NCBI GenBank assembly: GCA_045639785.1
Contig: JAZUDT010000002.1
Location: 4,121-68,120, forward strand
Direction: 5' to 3'
Length of the DNA: 64,000 nucleotides
From: Acutalibacteraceae bacterium
GTDB lineage: Bacteria > Bacillota > Clostridia > Oscillospirales > Acutalibacteraceae
Below the pieces are notes generated by a model, which was not told where the DNA came from, did no database searches, and saw only the letters and a program-made list of their open reading frames with translations. This document shows positions 1 through 9,221 of the stretch, one piece after another. The stretch's first letter is position 1, and each line of letters begins with the position of its first letter. The position numbers and the translations under genes are program-made.

Positions 1-242
1 TAAACACCATTCTCCGCACAGACGTCACAATAAAGGGCTATGAAGCCGTTTACAGTCAGAAGCTTCCTCTTCTCGTAATATGGGGCACGGACGACAAAAC
101 CATGCCTTACTATCAGAAAAAGAGAATGGAGGAGGTCTGCCCCCACGCAAAAATCATCACCTATGAGGGCTCGGGGCATATTTTCGTCTATGACGAGGGC
201 GAAAGAACAATGAGCGACATTTTGCCGTTCATAAGCGAATAA
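1..242 (+). CDS. alpha/beta-fold hydrolase, C-terminal fragment (5' end outside window)
   Basis: Frame 3 is open from the window edge to TAA at 240-242. The translation ...LPLLVIWGTDDKTMPYYQ...YEGSGHIFVYDEG... has the C-terminal Asp (GTDD) and His (GSGH) blocks typical of alpha/beta hydrolases. Confidence 0.5.
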   Translation, partial: NTILRTDVTIKGYEAVYSQKLPLLVIWGTDDKTMPYYQKKRMEEVCPHAKIITYEGSGHIFVYDEGERTMSDILPFISE

Positions 243-260
243 CACCTGAGGTATATTCTT

Positions 261-1757
261 ATGAAAAGAAGCAGCGGAATACTTATGCCGATATTTTCCC
301 TCCCCTCCCCTCACGGTATAGGGACACTCGGAAAAGCGGCATACGACTTTATTGATTTTCTGAAAGATGCCGGTCAGTCCTGGTGGCAGATTCTGCCCGT
401 CGGGCCGACAAGCTACGGCGATTCGCCCTATCAGAGCTTTTCAACCTATGCAGGAAACCCCTATTTCATTGATTTGGATATGCTTGCTGACGACTCTCTT
501 CTGACAAAGGAGGAGGTCGCCTTATGCGATAACATCTCCGATGAAGAGCGTGTTGACTACGGTGAAATTTATCTCACCCGTTTTTCGGTGCTCGAAAAAG
601 CAAAGAAGCGTGGCTTTGAGCGTGACCGTGAGAAAATTGAGGCTTTTCGCAGTGAAAACAGCGCATGGCTCGACGACTACGCTCTCTTTATGGCTCTCAA
701 ACGCTTCTTTTCAATGAAGATGTGGCCTGAGTGGGAGGACAGAGAAATCCGGCTTCATAAAAAAGAGGCTGTTGAAAAATATACTGTGCTTCTGAGGGAC
801 GACATTGAGCTTTTCATATATATTCAGTACCTTTTCTTCTCTCAGTGGAAAAAACTGCGTGCATACGCAAAGGAAAACGGAATAGGCATTATCGGAGATA
901 TGCCGATATATGTTGCGCTCGACTCCGCCGACGTCTGGTCAAGCCCCGAAAGCTTCATGCTTGACGAGGACAACGTACCCGTTGAAGTGGCGGGAGTTCC
1001 GCCCGATTATTTCAGTGAGGATGGTCAGCTCTGGGGCAATCCCCTATATAACTGGGACAAAATGCGTGAGAACGGCTACGGCTGGTGGATAAGAAGAATC
1101 GGCGGTGCTTCAAAGCTGTATGACGTGGTACGCATTGACCATTTCAGAGGTCTTGAAAGCTACTGGGCAGTACCCTACGGCGAAAAGACGGCAAAACACG
1201 GACGGTGGATTAAAGGCCCGGGAATATATTTTGTGAAGATGATAACCGGCTGGTTCTCCGGTATTCAGTTTATTGCGGAAAATCTCGGTCTGCTGACTGA
1301 GGAGGTTCACGAGCTTCTCGAAGAATCCGGTCTGCCCGGAATGAAAGTGCTCGAATTTGCCTTTGACGCAAAAAAGCCGAGCACATACCTGCCGCATACC
1401 TACAGCGGCAACTGTATATGCTACGCCGGCACGCACGACAACAACACTCTTTTAGGCTGGACAAAAGAAGAAAAAGCCGAAAATCTGAAATTTGCCGAAG
1501 AGTATCTCGGTCTGAGCAATATCACAGACCTGCCGAAAGGAATAATACGTGCGGGAATGTCGAGCGTTGCCGATGTTTTTATCGCTCAGCTTCAGGACTA
1601 TCTCAGCCTCGGCTCAGAGGCGAGAATAAACACTCCGGGGGTTGCGAGCGGCAACTGGCAGTGGCGAATGAAGAAAGACGCTCTGACACAGACGCTTGCC
1701 CGTGAAATTTTCAATATGACAAAAATGTACTCAAGAACAGACAATGAAGAGATTTAA
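261..1757 (+). CDS. malQ: 4-alpha-glucanotransferase (amylomaltase, GH77)
   Basis: 498-aa ORF. SGILMPIFSLPSPHGIGTLG, WQILPVGPT, GDSPYQSFS, AGNPYFIDLD and RIDHFRG are characteristic MalQ/GH77 blocks. Confidence 0.9.
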   Translation: MKRSSGILMPIFSLPSPHGIGTLGKAAYDFIDFLKDAGQSWWQILPVGPTSYGDSPYQSFSTYAGNPYFIDLDMLADDSLLTKEEVALCDNISDEERVDYGEIYLTRFSVLEKAKKRGFERDREKIEAFRSENSAWLDDYALFMALKRFFSMKMWPEWEDREIRLHKKEAVEKYTVLLRDDIELFIYIQYLFFSQWKKLRAYAKENGIGIIGDMPIYVALDSADVWSSPESFMLDEDNVPVEVAGVPPDYFSEDGQLWGNPLYNWDKMRENGYGWWIRRIGGASKLYDVVRIDHFRGLESYWAVPYGEKTAKHGRWIKGPGIYFVKMITGWFSGIQFIAENLGLLTEEVHELLEESGLPGMKVLEFAFDAKKPSTYLPHTYSGNCICYAGTHDNNTLLGWTKEEKAENLKFAEEYLGLSNITDLPKGIIRAGMSSVADVFIAQLQDYLSLGSEARINTPGVASGNWQWRMKKDALTQTLAREIFNMTKMYSRTDNEEI

Positions 1758-2334
1758 TAATTCGGAAAAGCTGACGGATATGATTGATTATCTGCTCAGC
1801 GTGAAAGAATACGTCACCGTTGCGATAGACGGTCCGTGCACTTCGGGCAAAACCACTCTTGCCTCTCTTTTGGCGGAAAAATATGGCGCAACTGTTTTTC
1901 ACGCCGACGACTTTTTTCTGCGCAGGGAGCAGAGAACGCCTGAGAGACTTTCACAGGTCGGCGGAACTCTTGACCGTGAGAGGTTTTTCTGCGAGGTCAT
2001 CGCTCCGCTCACGGAAAAGCGGGATATTTCCTATTCGCCTTTTTCCTGCCGCACGCAGACGCTCGGTGAAAAAATCAGCGTAAAAATTAAAGCCCTCAAC
2101 ATAGTCGAAGGCTCTTATTGCCACCACCCGTATTTCGGTGAGGCTTATGACTTGAGAGTATTTATTGACATTGACGAAAACGAGCAGAGAAAACGTATTC
2201 TTATGAGAAATCCCGATAAGGCAGAACGGTTTTTCAGCGAATGGACAGTTAAGGAAAATGAGTATTTTGAAAAATTCAAAATAAAAGAAAAGGCAGATAT
2301 TGTATTAAATGATACAAAAAGCGGCGAAGCTTAA
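1744..2334 (+). CDS. uridine-kinase-like P-loop nucleoside/nucleotide kinase
   Basis: 196-aa ORF overlapping the malQ stop by 14 nt. It has Walker A GPCTSGKTT and an overall uridine kinase family layout. The substrate cannot be inferred. Confidence 0.55.
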   Translation: MKRFNNSEKLTDMIDYLLSVKEYVTVAIDGPCTSGKTTLASLLAEKYGATVFHADDFFLRREQRTPERLSQVGGTLDRERFFCEVIAPLTEKRDISYSPFSCRTQTLGEKISVKIKALNIVEGSYCHHPYFGEAYDLRVFIDIDENEQRKRILMRNPDKAERFFSEWTVKENEYFEKFKIKEKADIVLNDTKSGEA

Positions 2335-2356
2335 CAGCTTCGCCGTCTGTTTTTTA
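2323..2356 (+). terminator. rho-independent terminator
   Basis: The stem ggcgaagc (2323-2330) pairs with gcttcgcc (2337-2344) around a 6-nt loop. It is followed by gtctgtttttt and overlaps the stop of the kinase-like gene. Confidence 0.7.
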
Positions 2357-3772
2357 TACATTGACTGTATCTTTTTCGTCTTTTCTTTCTTCAATTCGCC
2401 TGACTATTTCTTCATCACAGTTATCCGCCATTGAGCCCACCGTGTTCCAAAGTGCGTCTGCGTGCTTCACCCATTCCTCAAAGCCCTCCGGCGTTTCGGG
2501 GAAGCTTTCATAATGTGAAGCGACGTTCATTCCGTTGATAAAGGCTTTTGTTACGCTCGCAAGAAATGATATTCTTAATTTTCCGAGAGTTACACCGAGA
2601 TTGACATAATGGAGCATTTTTGCAATATCCGCCGGCGAAAGAGAAATGCCGCCCGTGATATTCTGAAACATTTTTTCGCTGAAAATAATATCGTGCTTGA
2701 AAAAGTATTCATTTTCCTGTGCATTGAGTCCCGCCGCACCGGTGAGCATGGCAAGATTTGACGCAAACGCCTTTCCCTGAACGTCGATATAGCGTTTGTT
2801 TATACTCCAGAGCCTTTCCCTTGTCAGATAGCCGCCTTCTCTGAGTGCCTTTGAAATAACCTCGGCGGCAATATCCGCCTGATAGATTGAAGAGGTACAG
2901 CCCTCGCCGTTATTGGGCTTTGTCAGGCAGGCAGCATCGCCCATTGCGATAAATCCGTCCGCAACAAAGGAATAAGGCGGTCTGCGATACGGTGTTGCTC
3001 CCCTCTCCTCTTTTAAAAGCTCATAGGGCGGAAGAGGAACATTCTTTGAAAACACCTTGAACATTTCCTCCGCATATTCAAAGCTGAGATTTGCACCCAC
3101 GCCGAGTATTCCGCCGTTTTCATCAGCCGACGGAGCAGACCAGCATTTATACTGAAGAAATGAGTCGGTGTGGATAATCTTCTCATGGGTTTCGGGGTAC
3201 CTGACATAGTATATTATCACGTAGAACATATCTCTCGGCGTTATTTCAAAGTTCTCAACGCCGTAGCCGTCGGGCAGTTTTCTTCTCGCCGCCGACGGAA
3301 TACCCGTGCAGTCGGCAACTATTTTTGCGTATGCCTCGTGCTCACCCGTCTCTGTAAGATATTTTGCGCCGATTATTTTTCCGTCTTCGTTATATATAAA
3401 ATCGGAGAAAGCGGCTTCGTATATCAGCTCTGCGCCCGCTTTAACGGCGTTGTCATTAAGGCGCAGTATGTATTCGTGCTTATGCATACCGACAGTTTCG
3501 GTGTGCGTTTTTTTCGGATAATTTCCGTATGCCGAATAGGCCGCACCGCCGACAAATTCAAAAGCATAGTCAATATCGCCCTCAACCGGAACCGGATAAC
3601 CGAATTTTTCCATTTCTCCCTTTGCCATGTGGAAAACGTCATAGTTCCTTGAGATGCCGTCTCTGCTGTTTTTTTCGAGCATGAGCACCTTAAAGCCCTG
3701 ACTTGCCATTTTTTCGGCGAACCAGCTGCCCGTTGTCGAAGCACCGGCAACGATAATATCATATTCTTTCAT
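2354..3772 (-). CDS. FAD-dependent oxidoreductase (geranylgeranyl-reductase-like family)
   Basis: 472-aa ORF. The N-terminal dinucleotide-binding motif is YDIIVAGASTTGSWFAEKMASQGFKVLMLEK. The specific function is unknown. Confidence 0.6.
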   Translation of the reverse strand: MKEYDIIVAGASTTGSWFAEKMASQGFKVLMLEKNSRDGISRNYDVFHMAKGEMEKFGYPVPVEGDIDYAFEFVGGAAYSAYGNYPKKTHTETVGMHKHEYILRLNDNAVKAGAELIYEAAFSDFIYNEDGKIIGAKYLTETGEHEAYAKIVADCTGIPSAARRKLPDGYGVENFEITPRDMFYVIIYYVRYPETHEKIIHTDSFLQYKCWSAPSADENGGILGVGANLSFEYAEEMFKVFSKNVPLPPYELLKEERGATPYRRPPYSFVADGFIAMGDAACLTKPNNGEGCTSSIYQADIAAEVISKALREGGYLTRERLWSINKRYIDVQGKAFASNLAMLTGAAGLNAQENEYFFKHDIIFSEKMFQNITGGISLSPADIAKMLHYVNLGVTLGKLRISFLASVTKAFINGMNVASHYESFPETPEGFEEWVKHADALWNTVGSMADNCDEEIVRRIEERKDEKDTVNV

Positions 3773-3854
3773 TATTGCGCCTCCGTATGAACTGAAATTT
3801 GTTTAAATACAATTTATATATTATCACCGTTTTTCCGATAAATCAATTAAAATG

Positions 3855-3882
3855 AATAAAAACCGCAGGTCAGTGCGGTTTC
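3855..3882 (-). terminator. rho-independent terminator of the metal-efflux operon
   Basis: On the minus strand, aaaccgca / tgcggttt form a hairpin followed by TTTTTATT, directly after the EamA gene stop at 3896. Confidence 0.65.
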
Positions 3883-3895
3883 ACATAAAGAAAAA

Positions 3896-4783
3896 TCAGG
3901 TGGTTACTTTATTCTTAAAATCAAGCTCACCCGAAACGGTTGAGCCGAGAATGAGCACCGCCCCGATTATCTGGGGTACTCCCATGCTTTCACGGAGAAT
4001 GAGGGCTGAGAGAAGAAGAGCCACAACGGGGTCGATATAGCTCAAAAGAGCAATGCTCTGTGCGCTCATATTGTCCATCGAGCCGAAATAGACGGCATAA
4101 GAAATACCTGTGTGGACTATGCCGACGGCAAGGAGAACGGCGACGGTTTTAAGGTTAATATCGGCGGTGTTCACCCTTTCGGCTATGAGCGTATACGGCA
4201 GAATAACAGCCGAAGCCGCCGCAAGCTGGACTATCGTTTTATCGTATGCACCGATGTCGTGAATTTTTCGGTTGAGCATTATTACACCGGCATAGAGCAC
4301 CGCCGCACCGAGCCCGAGAAGTATTCCTTTGACAGATGTGCTTTCACCTCTCCCCTGACTTGTAACGCCCGACACAAGGAGCATACCGATAAGCGAAGTG
4401 AAAACGCATATTCCGTTTTTCAGCGTGAGCTTTTCTCTGAGCACAAAGGGCGAAAGTATGAGCACAATAATCGGTGCCATATAATAACAGAGCGTCGCCG
4501 TCGCAACGGTGGTATAGTTATAAGCCTCAAACAGAAGAATCCAGTTCGCGCCGATGAATGCGCCCGAGAGACAAAGGAAAAGCGCATTTTTTCTAAGAGC
4601 CTCTCTGTCTCTTTTCTGCTTTTTCAGAAGCATAAGCACAAGAAGAAACAGTGCGCCGGTTATACCTCTGAAAAACGCTATTGTTCCCGACGGAAACGGC
4701 AGGTATCTTCTGAAAATACCGATAGTACCGAAAACAAACATTGAGCCGGAAAAGCACAGCTTTGATTTTAACTTCTCATTCAT
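3896..4783 (-). CDS. EamA/DMT-family transporter
   Basis: Polytopic membrane protein with two EamA-like halves. I place the start at ATG 4781-4783 (MNEKLKSKL...), which overlaps the upstream ATPase TAA by 1 nt (TAATG). The longer ORF-track start at 4855 would lie inside the ATPase gene. Confidence 0.7.
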   Translation of the reverse strand: MNEKLKSKLCFSGSMFVFGTIGIFRRYLPFPSGTIAFFRGITGALFLLVLMLLKKQKRDREALRKNALFLCLSGAFIGANWILLFEAYNYTTVATATLCYYMAPIIVLILSPFVLREKLTLKNGICVFTSLIGMLLVSGVTSQGRGESTSVKGILLGLGAAVLYAGVIMLNRKIHDIGAYDKTIVQLAAASAVILPYTLIAERVNTADINLKTVAVLLAVGIVHTGISYAVYFGSMDNMSAQSIALLSYIDPVVALLLSALILRESMGVPQIIGAVLILGSTVSGELDFKNKVTT

Positions 4784-6603
4784 TATCTTTGTCCCCTCAG
4801 AGCGTTTAATACGGCTATTACGCTGACTCCGACATCGGCGAAAACGGCAAGCCACATATTTGCAATCCCGAGTGTGCCGAGCACCATGACCGCAAGCTTG
4901 ACGGAAAGAGCAAAAATGACATTCTCTCTGACAATGCGCATTGTCTTTCTGCCTATTCTGACGGCTTCGGGAATTTTCTTTATATCGTCGTTCATAATTA
5001 CAATATCCGCTTCTTCTATTGCGGCGGCACTGCCCGATTTTCCCATAGCAATACCTACATCAGCCGCCGCAATAACGGGTGCGTCGTTAAGACCGTCGCC
5101 CGTATAGACGGTGAGCGACTTTTGTTTTATCTTTTCGATAATTCTCACTTTATCCTGCGGCAGAAGCCTTGCTTCAACTGTGTCAATTCCGGCTTTTTGG
5201 CTTACATAGCGTCCCGCTTCTGCACTGTCGCCCGTGAGCATAACCGTATTCCCGACACCGAGCGTTCTCAGCTCTCTTATCGCCTCATCTGCTCCGCTTT
5301 TCATTTCATCGGCAACGGTTATATAGCCTGCGTATTTTCCGTCAAGTGCCGCATAGATTACCGTCAGTGGTGTCTTTGCCTTTTCAAAGGCGACTCCGCT
5401 TTTTTCTATGAGCTTTTCGTTTCCGACTAAAACATCTCTGCCGCATACCCTGCACGAAACGCCGAAGCCCGTGAGCTGTTTTGCGTTTTCAATCTTATCC
5501 GTACCGGTTTTCTCACCGTATGCCTCTCTGATACAGCGGGCTATCGGGTGGTCAATATAGCTCTCGGCAAGAGCACATATTTCGAGAAGCTCATCTTTTG
5601 TCATGCCGTCAGGGCATATCTCTTCAACACGGAATTTTCCGCTTGTGAGAGTTCCCGTTTTGTCAAAAGCAAAGCTCTGCGCCTTTGACACAGCCTCAAG
5701 AAAGTTACTGCCCTTAACGAGTATTCCGCTTTTTGACGCTCTGCCGATACCGCAGAAGAAGCTCAACGGCACGCTTATCACAAGCGCGCACGGGCAGGAC
5801 ACAACAAGAAACAGCAGTGCCCTCGACACCCATTTTGACACTTCTCCCGTCACGAGGGAGCCCGACACTGCAAGGAGCACTGCAAAAGCAACCACCGCAG
5901 GGGTATAATATTTCGCAAAGCGGGTGATAAAGCTTTCTGCTTCGGATTTATTATCCGTCGCCTCCTCGATAAGATACATAATGCGGCTGACTGTTGAATT
6001 TTCAAATTCCTTTTCAGCCCTGACCTTTATTGCGGCGGATATATTTATACTGCCGCTGAGTATTTCGTCGCCGGCACTCACTTCAAGGGGAACGCTCTCC
6101 CCTGTCAGCGCAGACGTATCCAAAAGCGTTTCGCCCTCTGTCACTTTTGCGTCAACTGGCACTTTTTCGCCCGGCTTTATAACAAGCACCTCACCCGTTT
6201 CCACTTCCTCGGGGAGCACACGGCATATTTCGCCGTTTCTTATCACATTAGCATATTCGGGCGCAAGGTCTATAAGTGCGCTCACCGAATCCCTCGACCT
6301 GCCGACGGCTATGCTTTCAAAAAGCTCTCCAATCTGATAAAAGAGCATAACTGCCGCCGCCTCGGCATATTCACCGAGAGCGAGTGCTCCGGCGCAGGCA
6401 ACCGTCATGAGAAAATTCTCGTCAAACACCTGACCGTGAAATATGTTTTTCGCCGCCTTGATAATCACGCTGTAGCCCACAGCGGCAAAAGAGAGAATAA
6501 GCACCAATGCTCTGTATTTTTCTTCTCTGATTAAGAGACAAAAAGCAAAAAGCACGGCGGAGGATATTATTCTTATCAGCAGCTTTTTCTGTTTTTTCGT
6601 CAT
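4783..6603 (-). CDS. cadA: heavy-metal translocating P1B-type ATPase (Cd/Zn-type), no fused metal-binding domain
   Basis: 606-aa ORF with the transmembrane CPC motif (VVSCPCALVISVP), phosphorylation site DKTGTLT and GDGLNDAP hinge. The operon context is ArsR plus an HMA protein. Confidence 0.85.
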   Translation of the reverse strand: MTKKQKKLLIRIISSAVLFAFCLLIREEKYRALVLILSFAAVGYSVIIKAAKNIFHGQVFDENFLMTVACAGALALGEYAEAAAVMLFYQIGELFESIAVGRSRDSVSALIDLAPEYANVIRNGEICRVLPEEVETGEVLVIKPGEKVPVDAKVTEGETLLDTSALTGESVPLEVSAGDEILSGSINISAAIKVRAEKEFENSTVSRIMYLIEEATDNKSEAESFITRFAKYYTPAVVAFAVLLAVSGSLVTGEVSKWVSRALLFLVVSCPCALVISVPLSFFCGIGRASKSGILVKGSNFLEAVSKAQSFAFDKTGTLTSGKFRVEEICPDGMTKDELLEICALAESYIDHPIARCIREAYGEKTGTDKIENAKQLTGFGVSCRVCGRDVLVGNEKLIEKSGVAFEKAKTPLTVIYAALDGKYAGYITVADEMKSGADEAIRELRTLGVGNTVMLTGDSAEAGRYVSQKAGIDTVEARLLPQDKVRIIEKIKQKSLTVYTGDGLNDAPVIAAADVGIAMGKSGSAAAIEEADIVIMNDDIKKIPEAVRIGRKTMRIVRENVIFALSVKLAVMVLGTLGIANMWLAVFADVGVSVIAVLNALRGQR

Positions 6604-6616
6604 TTCATCACCGGCT

Positions 6617-6835
6617 TCATCTTATTATGCGGCAATCCGGCTCAATACGGCTTATCGCTTTCTGCGCCTCGTCGATTATGCGTTCAAAATCGCTCTCGTC
6701 GGCGGTGACGGTAAGCTTTTTCATCATAAAATTCACCGTTGCCTTTTCAACTCCGTTTATCTTGTTTATTGCATTTTCCATTTTCGCCGCACAGTTTGCG
6801 CAGTCAATATCCTCAAGTCTGAACACTTTTTTCAT
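6617..6835 (-). CDS. heavy-metal-associated (HMA) domain metallochaperone
   Basis: MKKVFRLEDIDCANCAAKMENAINKINGVEKATVNF carries the CxxC HMA motif. The start at 6835 is preceded by GGAGG with 8-nt spacing. Confidence 0.8.
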   Translation of the reverse strand: MKKVFRLEDIDCANCAAKMENAINKINGVEKATVNFMMKKLTVTADESDFERIIDEAQKAISRIEPDCRIIR

Positions 6836-6862
6836 AAAACAAACCTCCGCATACATGAAATA

Positions 6863-7222
6863 TCATTCTTCGATGTGCTCTATCCCCATATCTATTATCG
6901 TTCTCACGTGGTCGTCCGAAAGCGAATAAAAAATCGTCTTGCCGTCACGTCTGAATTTAATGAGGCGGGCGTTTTTCAGCACCCGAAGCTGATGCGAAAT
7001 CGCCGACTGACTCATCTCAAGAAGCTGTGCAATATCGCACACGCACATTTCGCTCTCAAAAAGCACATAGAGTATTTTTATTCTCGTGCTGTCGCCGAAT
7101 ATTTTGTAAAGCTCCGACAGCTCAAACAGTTTTTCCTCGCCGGGTATTGTGTCTCTGACCTTTCTCACAATATCGTCGTGAGCGTGTATATAGTCGCACG
7201 AGGGTACATATTCATTTTCCAT
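6863..7222 (-). CDS. ArsR/SmtB-family metal-sensing repressor (CadC-like)
   Basis: The winged-HTH block is LFELSELYKIFGDSTRIKILYVLFESEMCVCDIAQLLEMSQSAISHQLRVLK. The start MENEYVP at 7222 is preceded by AGGAG. The longer ORF-track start at 7330 would run through the promoter. Confidence 0.85.
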   Translation of the reverse strand: MENEYVPSCDYIHAHDDIVRKVRDTIPGEEKLFELSELYKIFGDSTRIKILYVLFESEMCVCDIAQLLEMSQSAISHQLRVLKNARLIKFRRDGKTIFYSLSDDHVRTIIDMGIEHIEE

Positions 7223-7243
7223 TTTTTGTCTCCTTGTTTTATA

Positions 7244-7261
7244 TATGAACATCTGTTCATA
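7244..7261 (-). promoter_or_regulatory. ArsR/SmtB-type palindromic operator (TGAACA-N2-TGTTCA core)
   Basis: The perfect palindrome tatgaaca-tc-tgttcata lies between the predicted -10 and the ArsR RBS. It matches the 12-2-12 operator class of SmtB/ArsR repressors. Confidence 0.7.
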
Positions 7262-7265
7262 CGTT

Positions 7266-7294
7266 ATTATATTCCGCATTTTGCAATTTGTCAA
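7266..7294 (-). promoter_or_regulatory. sigma-A-type promoter of the ArsR-HMA-ATPase-EamA operon
   Basis: The minus strand reads TTGACA-17 nt-TATAAT (tgtcaa at 7289-7294, attata at 7266-7271). Confidence 0.7.
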
Positions 7295-7433
7295 CAAATA
7301 TTTTCGTATGCGGCGGGTGCGCTTTCTCATACTCAGACTTATTTACAGAATATCAGCCTTTATTTCCCGAAGAAACCCTGTTTATTATAACTGCATAACA
7401 TCAGCGGCGGAGGTCACCCTCCGCCGCTTTGCT

Positions 7434-8264
7434 TCACATTTTTCTGCAATAATTAAGATTGACCCAGCCCGACGGTGTTTTTGCCCACTCGCCTTTTATT
7501 TGGCTCGCTGTGAACTCAACGCCTCTGACATAGCCGTCTTTTTTTCTGCCGTAAAGCCTGATAATCTGATTCTGCGCCGATTTTGTCATGCTGTCAAAGC
7601 GCACAAAATCGTAATTTGTGCCCGGTCCCTTTCTCACGTTCAGCACAGAAGCGGTCACAATATAGTTTTGCGTTTTCTTTTCTTCTTTTTCCTCCGGCAG
7701 ATACTTGAACGAGAGTCCGCCGTCCTTTTTGATTTTTGTGAAGCTCTTATCAACATAAAAAAGCTTTTCGGGCTTTTCTGCTTTCCCCGTGACAGAGAGC
7801 ACCCATTTTCCGCTTGAATTTTTCGTCCAGCCTGACGAGCCCATCTTACCCTTTCCGGCTGAAAAGTGGAAATGATTGCCCGTTGCGTTACCGTCTCTGC
7901 CCTCACGGCAGATTTTGTCTCCCCTCTTGAAAACCTGCCCCTGCCTGAGCTTTCTGAGGTCGTCGTCGCCCGGGTGAGTCACCATAATCGTAACAAAGCC
8001 GCTTGAGCCGTCGGCGAAAACTACCTCCTGCACGGACTGGAGCCAGATTGTATTCGTGCCGGAGTTGCCCACGCCGTATATTCTTCTGACGAGCATTTCA
8101 TCGCATGGGCAGTACATATATTCCCTCTGCGTGTCCGCCCCCGCCTCATCAATGGGATAATCCGCAGGCGTTCCCAAGGTATGCGGAAGATGTGACGCTG
8201 AGCCGGAATAGGTCTGCGTTATATTCATATTCTTAACCGGATAAACAAGATAATTTTTTTCCAT
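7434..8264 (-). CDS. M23-family metallopeptidase with C-terminal SH3-like domain (cell-wall hydrolase)
   Basis: HPGDD (HxxxD) and HFHF (HxH) motifs, with a C-terminal YIVTASVLNVRKGPGTNYDFV SH3b-like segment. There is no obvious signal peptide. Confidence 0.6.
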   Translation of the reverse strand: MEKNYLVYPVKNMNITQTYSGSASHLPHTLGTPADYPIDEAGADTQREYMYCPCDEMLVRRIYGVGNSGTNTIWLQSVQEVVFADGSSGFVTIMVTHPGDDDLRKLRQGQVFKRGDKICREGRDGNATGNHFHFSAGKGKMGSSGWTKNSSGKWVLSVTGKAEKPEKLFYVDKSFTKIKKDGGLSFKYLPEEKEEKKTQNYIVTASVLNVRKGPGTNYDFVRFDSMTKSAQNQIIRLYGRKKDGYVRGVEFTASQIKGEWAKTPSGWVNLNYCRKM

Positions 8265-8434
8265 AATAACCCTTCTTTCTTTTTTATCATATTACATCAA
8301 GGGGTTTCATTATCCGTGTCCCTCCTCACGAAAAAGGAAATTATTCTTTGATACATAATATGATTGCACAAAAATAAAAAACCGTGAGAGAATAATCTCC
8401 CACAGCTAAATTATAGAACGTTTGTTCGCTTTTG

Positions 8435-9190
8435 TCAAGAATGAAGTGCATCGTTTCTCAGGCACAGCATAGCTTTTGCCTCCTTGTAGTAGCCCCACAC
8501 ATAAAATGCCGGAAGCACGGGCAGGCACAGAAGAAACCAGGGCAGAAACGAAATGCGGAAAAAAGAAATTCTGCCGTATGCGCCGTGTGTAATCTCCATA
8601 CTTTTTTCAAAAGCTTCATTGGGCTTTATTGTTTCGTTTGAGACATATACACTGTAATATGCAAAATATCTTGCTGAATAAATAAAATAAAAAACAAGTC
8701 CGCTGAGAAAAAGAACGGCGGCGAAAGCGAAAACGGCATACGAAACATAGGCTGAAATTTCGCCCTCACCAAGAGAAAAATAAAGCACGCCGAAAAGACA
8801 GGCGGACGGAAAAACAAAAAGAAGAAATGCCGCCGTTTTTTTCACGGCACAGAAGAGTACCGCCCTTATGCTCACGATAATTCTTCGTGGCGAAAAATAA
8901 TAAAACAGCTCAGTGACAGGGGCTTTTTCCCCTTTGCCGACAAAGAGAAACCACCTCTCCGTTCCGAGCCTCAGCGGTGCATAAACGGTGAGAAAAATTA
9001 TTATTCCGGCAGCGGACAGAAGCGCATACACGGCGTTTTCCGTCACGTAATCCGAAAATGAAACGCCTGCCGCTCTCATTGCTTCAAAGGCGAGAAATGA
9101 AAAATTGCCGAGAATGACGGTTATCAGAAGTCCGAGCGAAAAAGCAAAAAACAGCTTTGACGTTTCTCCGACAAGACGGTACTTTGCCAT
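8435..9190 (-). CDS. integral membrane protein, unknown function
   Basis: Multiple hydrophobic helices. I prefer the internal start MAKYRLVGE at 9190, because the long ORF start at 9262 overlaps the upstream gene by 41 nt. The RBS is weak, so the start is uncertain. Confidence 0.45.
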   Translation of the reverse strand: MAKYRLVGETSKLFFAFSLGLLITVILGNFSFLAFEAMRAAGVSFSDYVTENAVYALLSAAGIIIFLTVYAPLRLGTERWFLFVGKGEKAPVTELFYYFSPRRIIVSIRAVLFCAVKKTAAFLLFVFPSACLFGVLYFSLGEGEISAYVSYAVFAFAAVLFLSGLVFYFIYSARYFAYYSVYVSNETIKPNEAFEKSMEITHGAYGRISFFRISFLPWFLLCLPVLPAFYVWGYYKEAKAMLCLRNDALHS

Positions 9191-9221
9191 GATTTTTATT
9201 TTGCCCACTTGCCTGCCTCCT

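Noticed and set aside
4112-4744. 210-aa plus-strand ORF inside the EamA gene. Similar shadow ORFs occur at 7245-7817, 29281-29919, 3170-3652 and 49708-50241.
   Set aside because: Each lies opposite a longer ORF with clear family signatures. Each has a biased R/K/S/F composition and no RBS. I treat them as antisense shadow frames.
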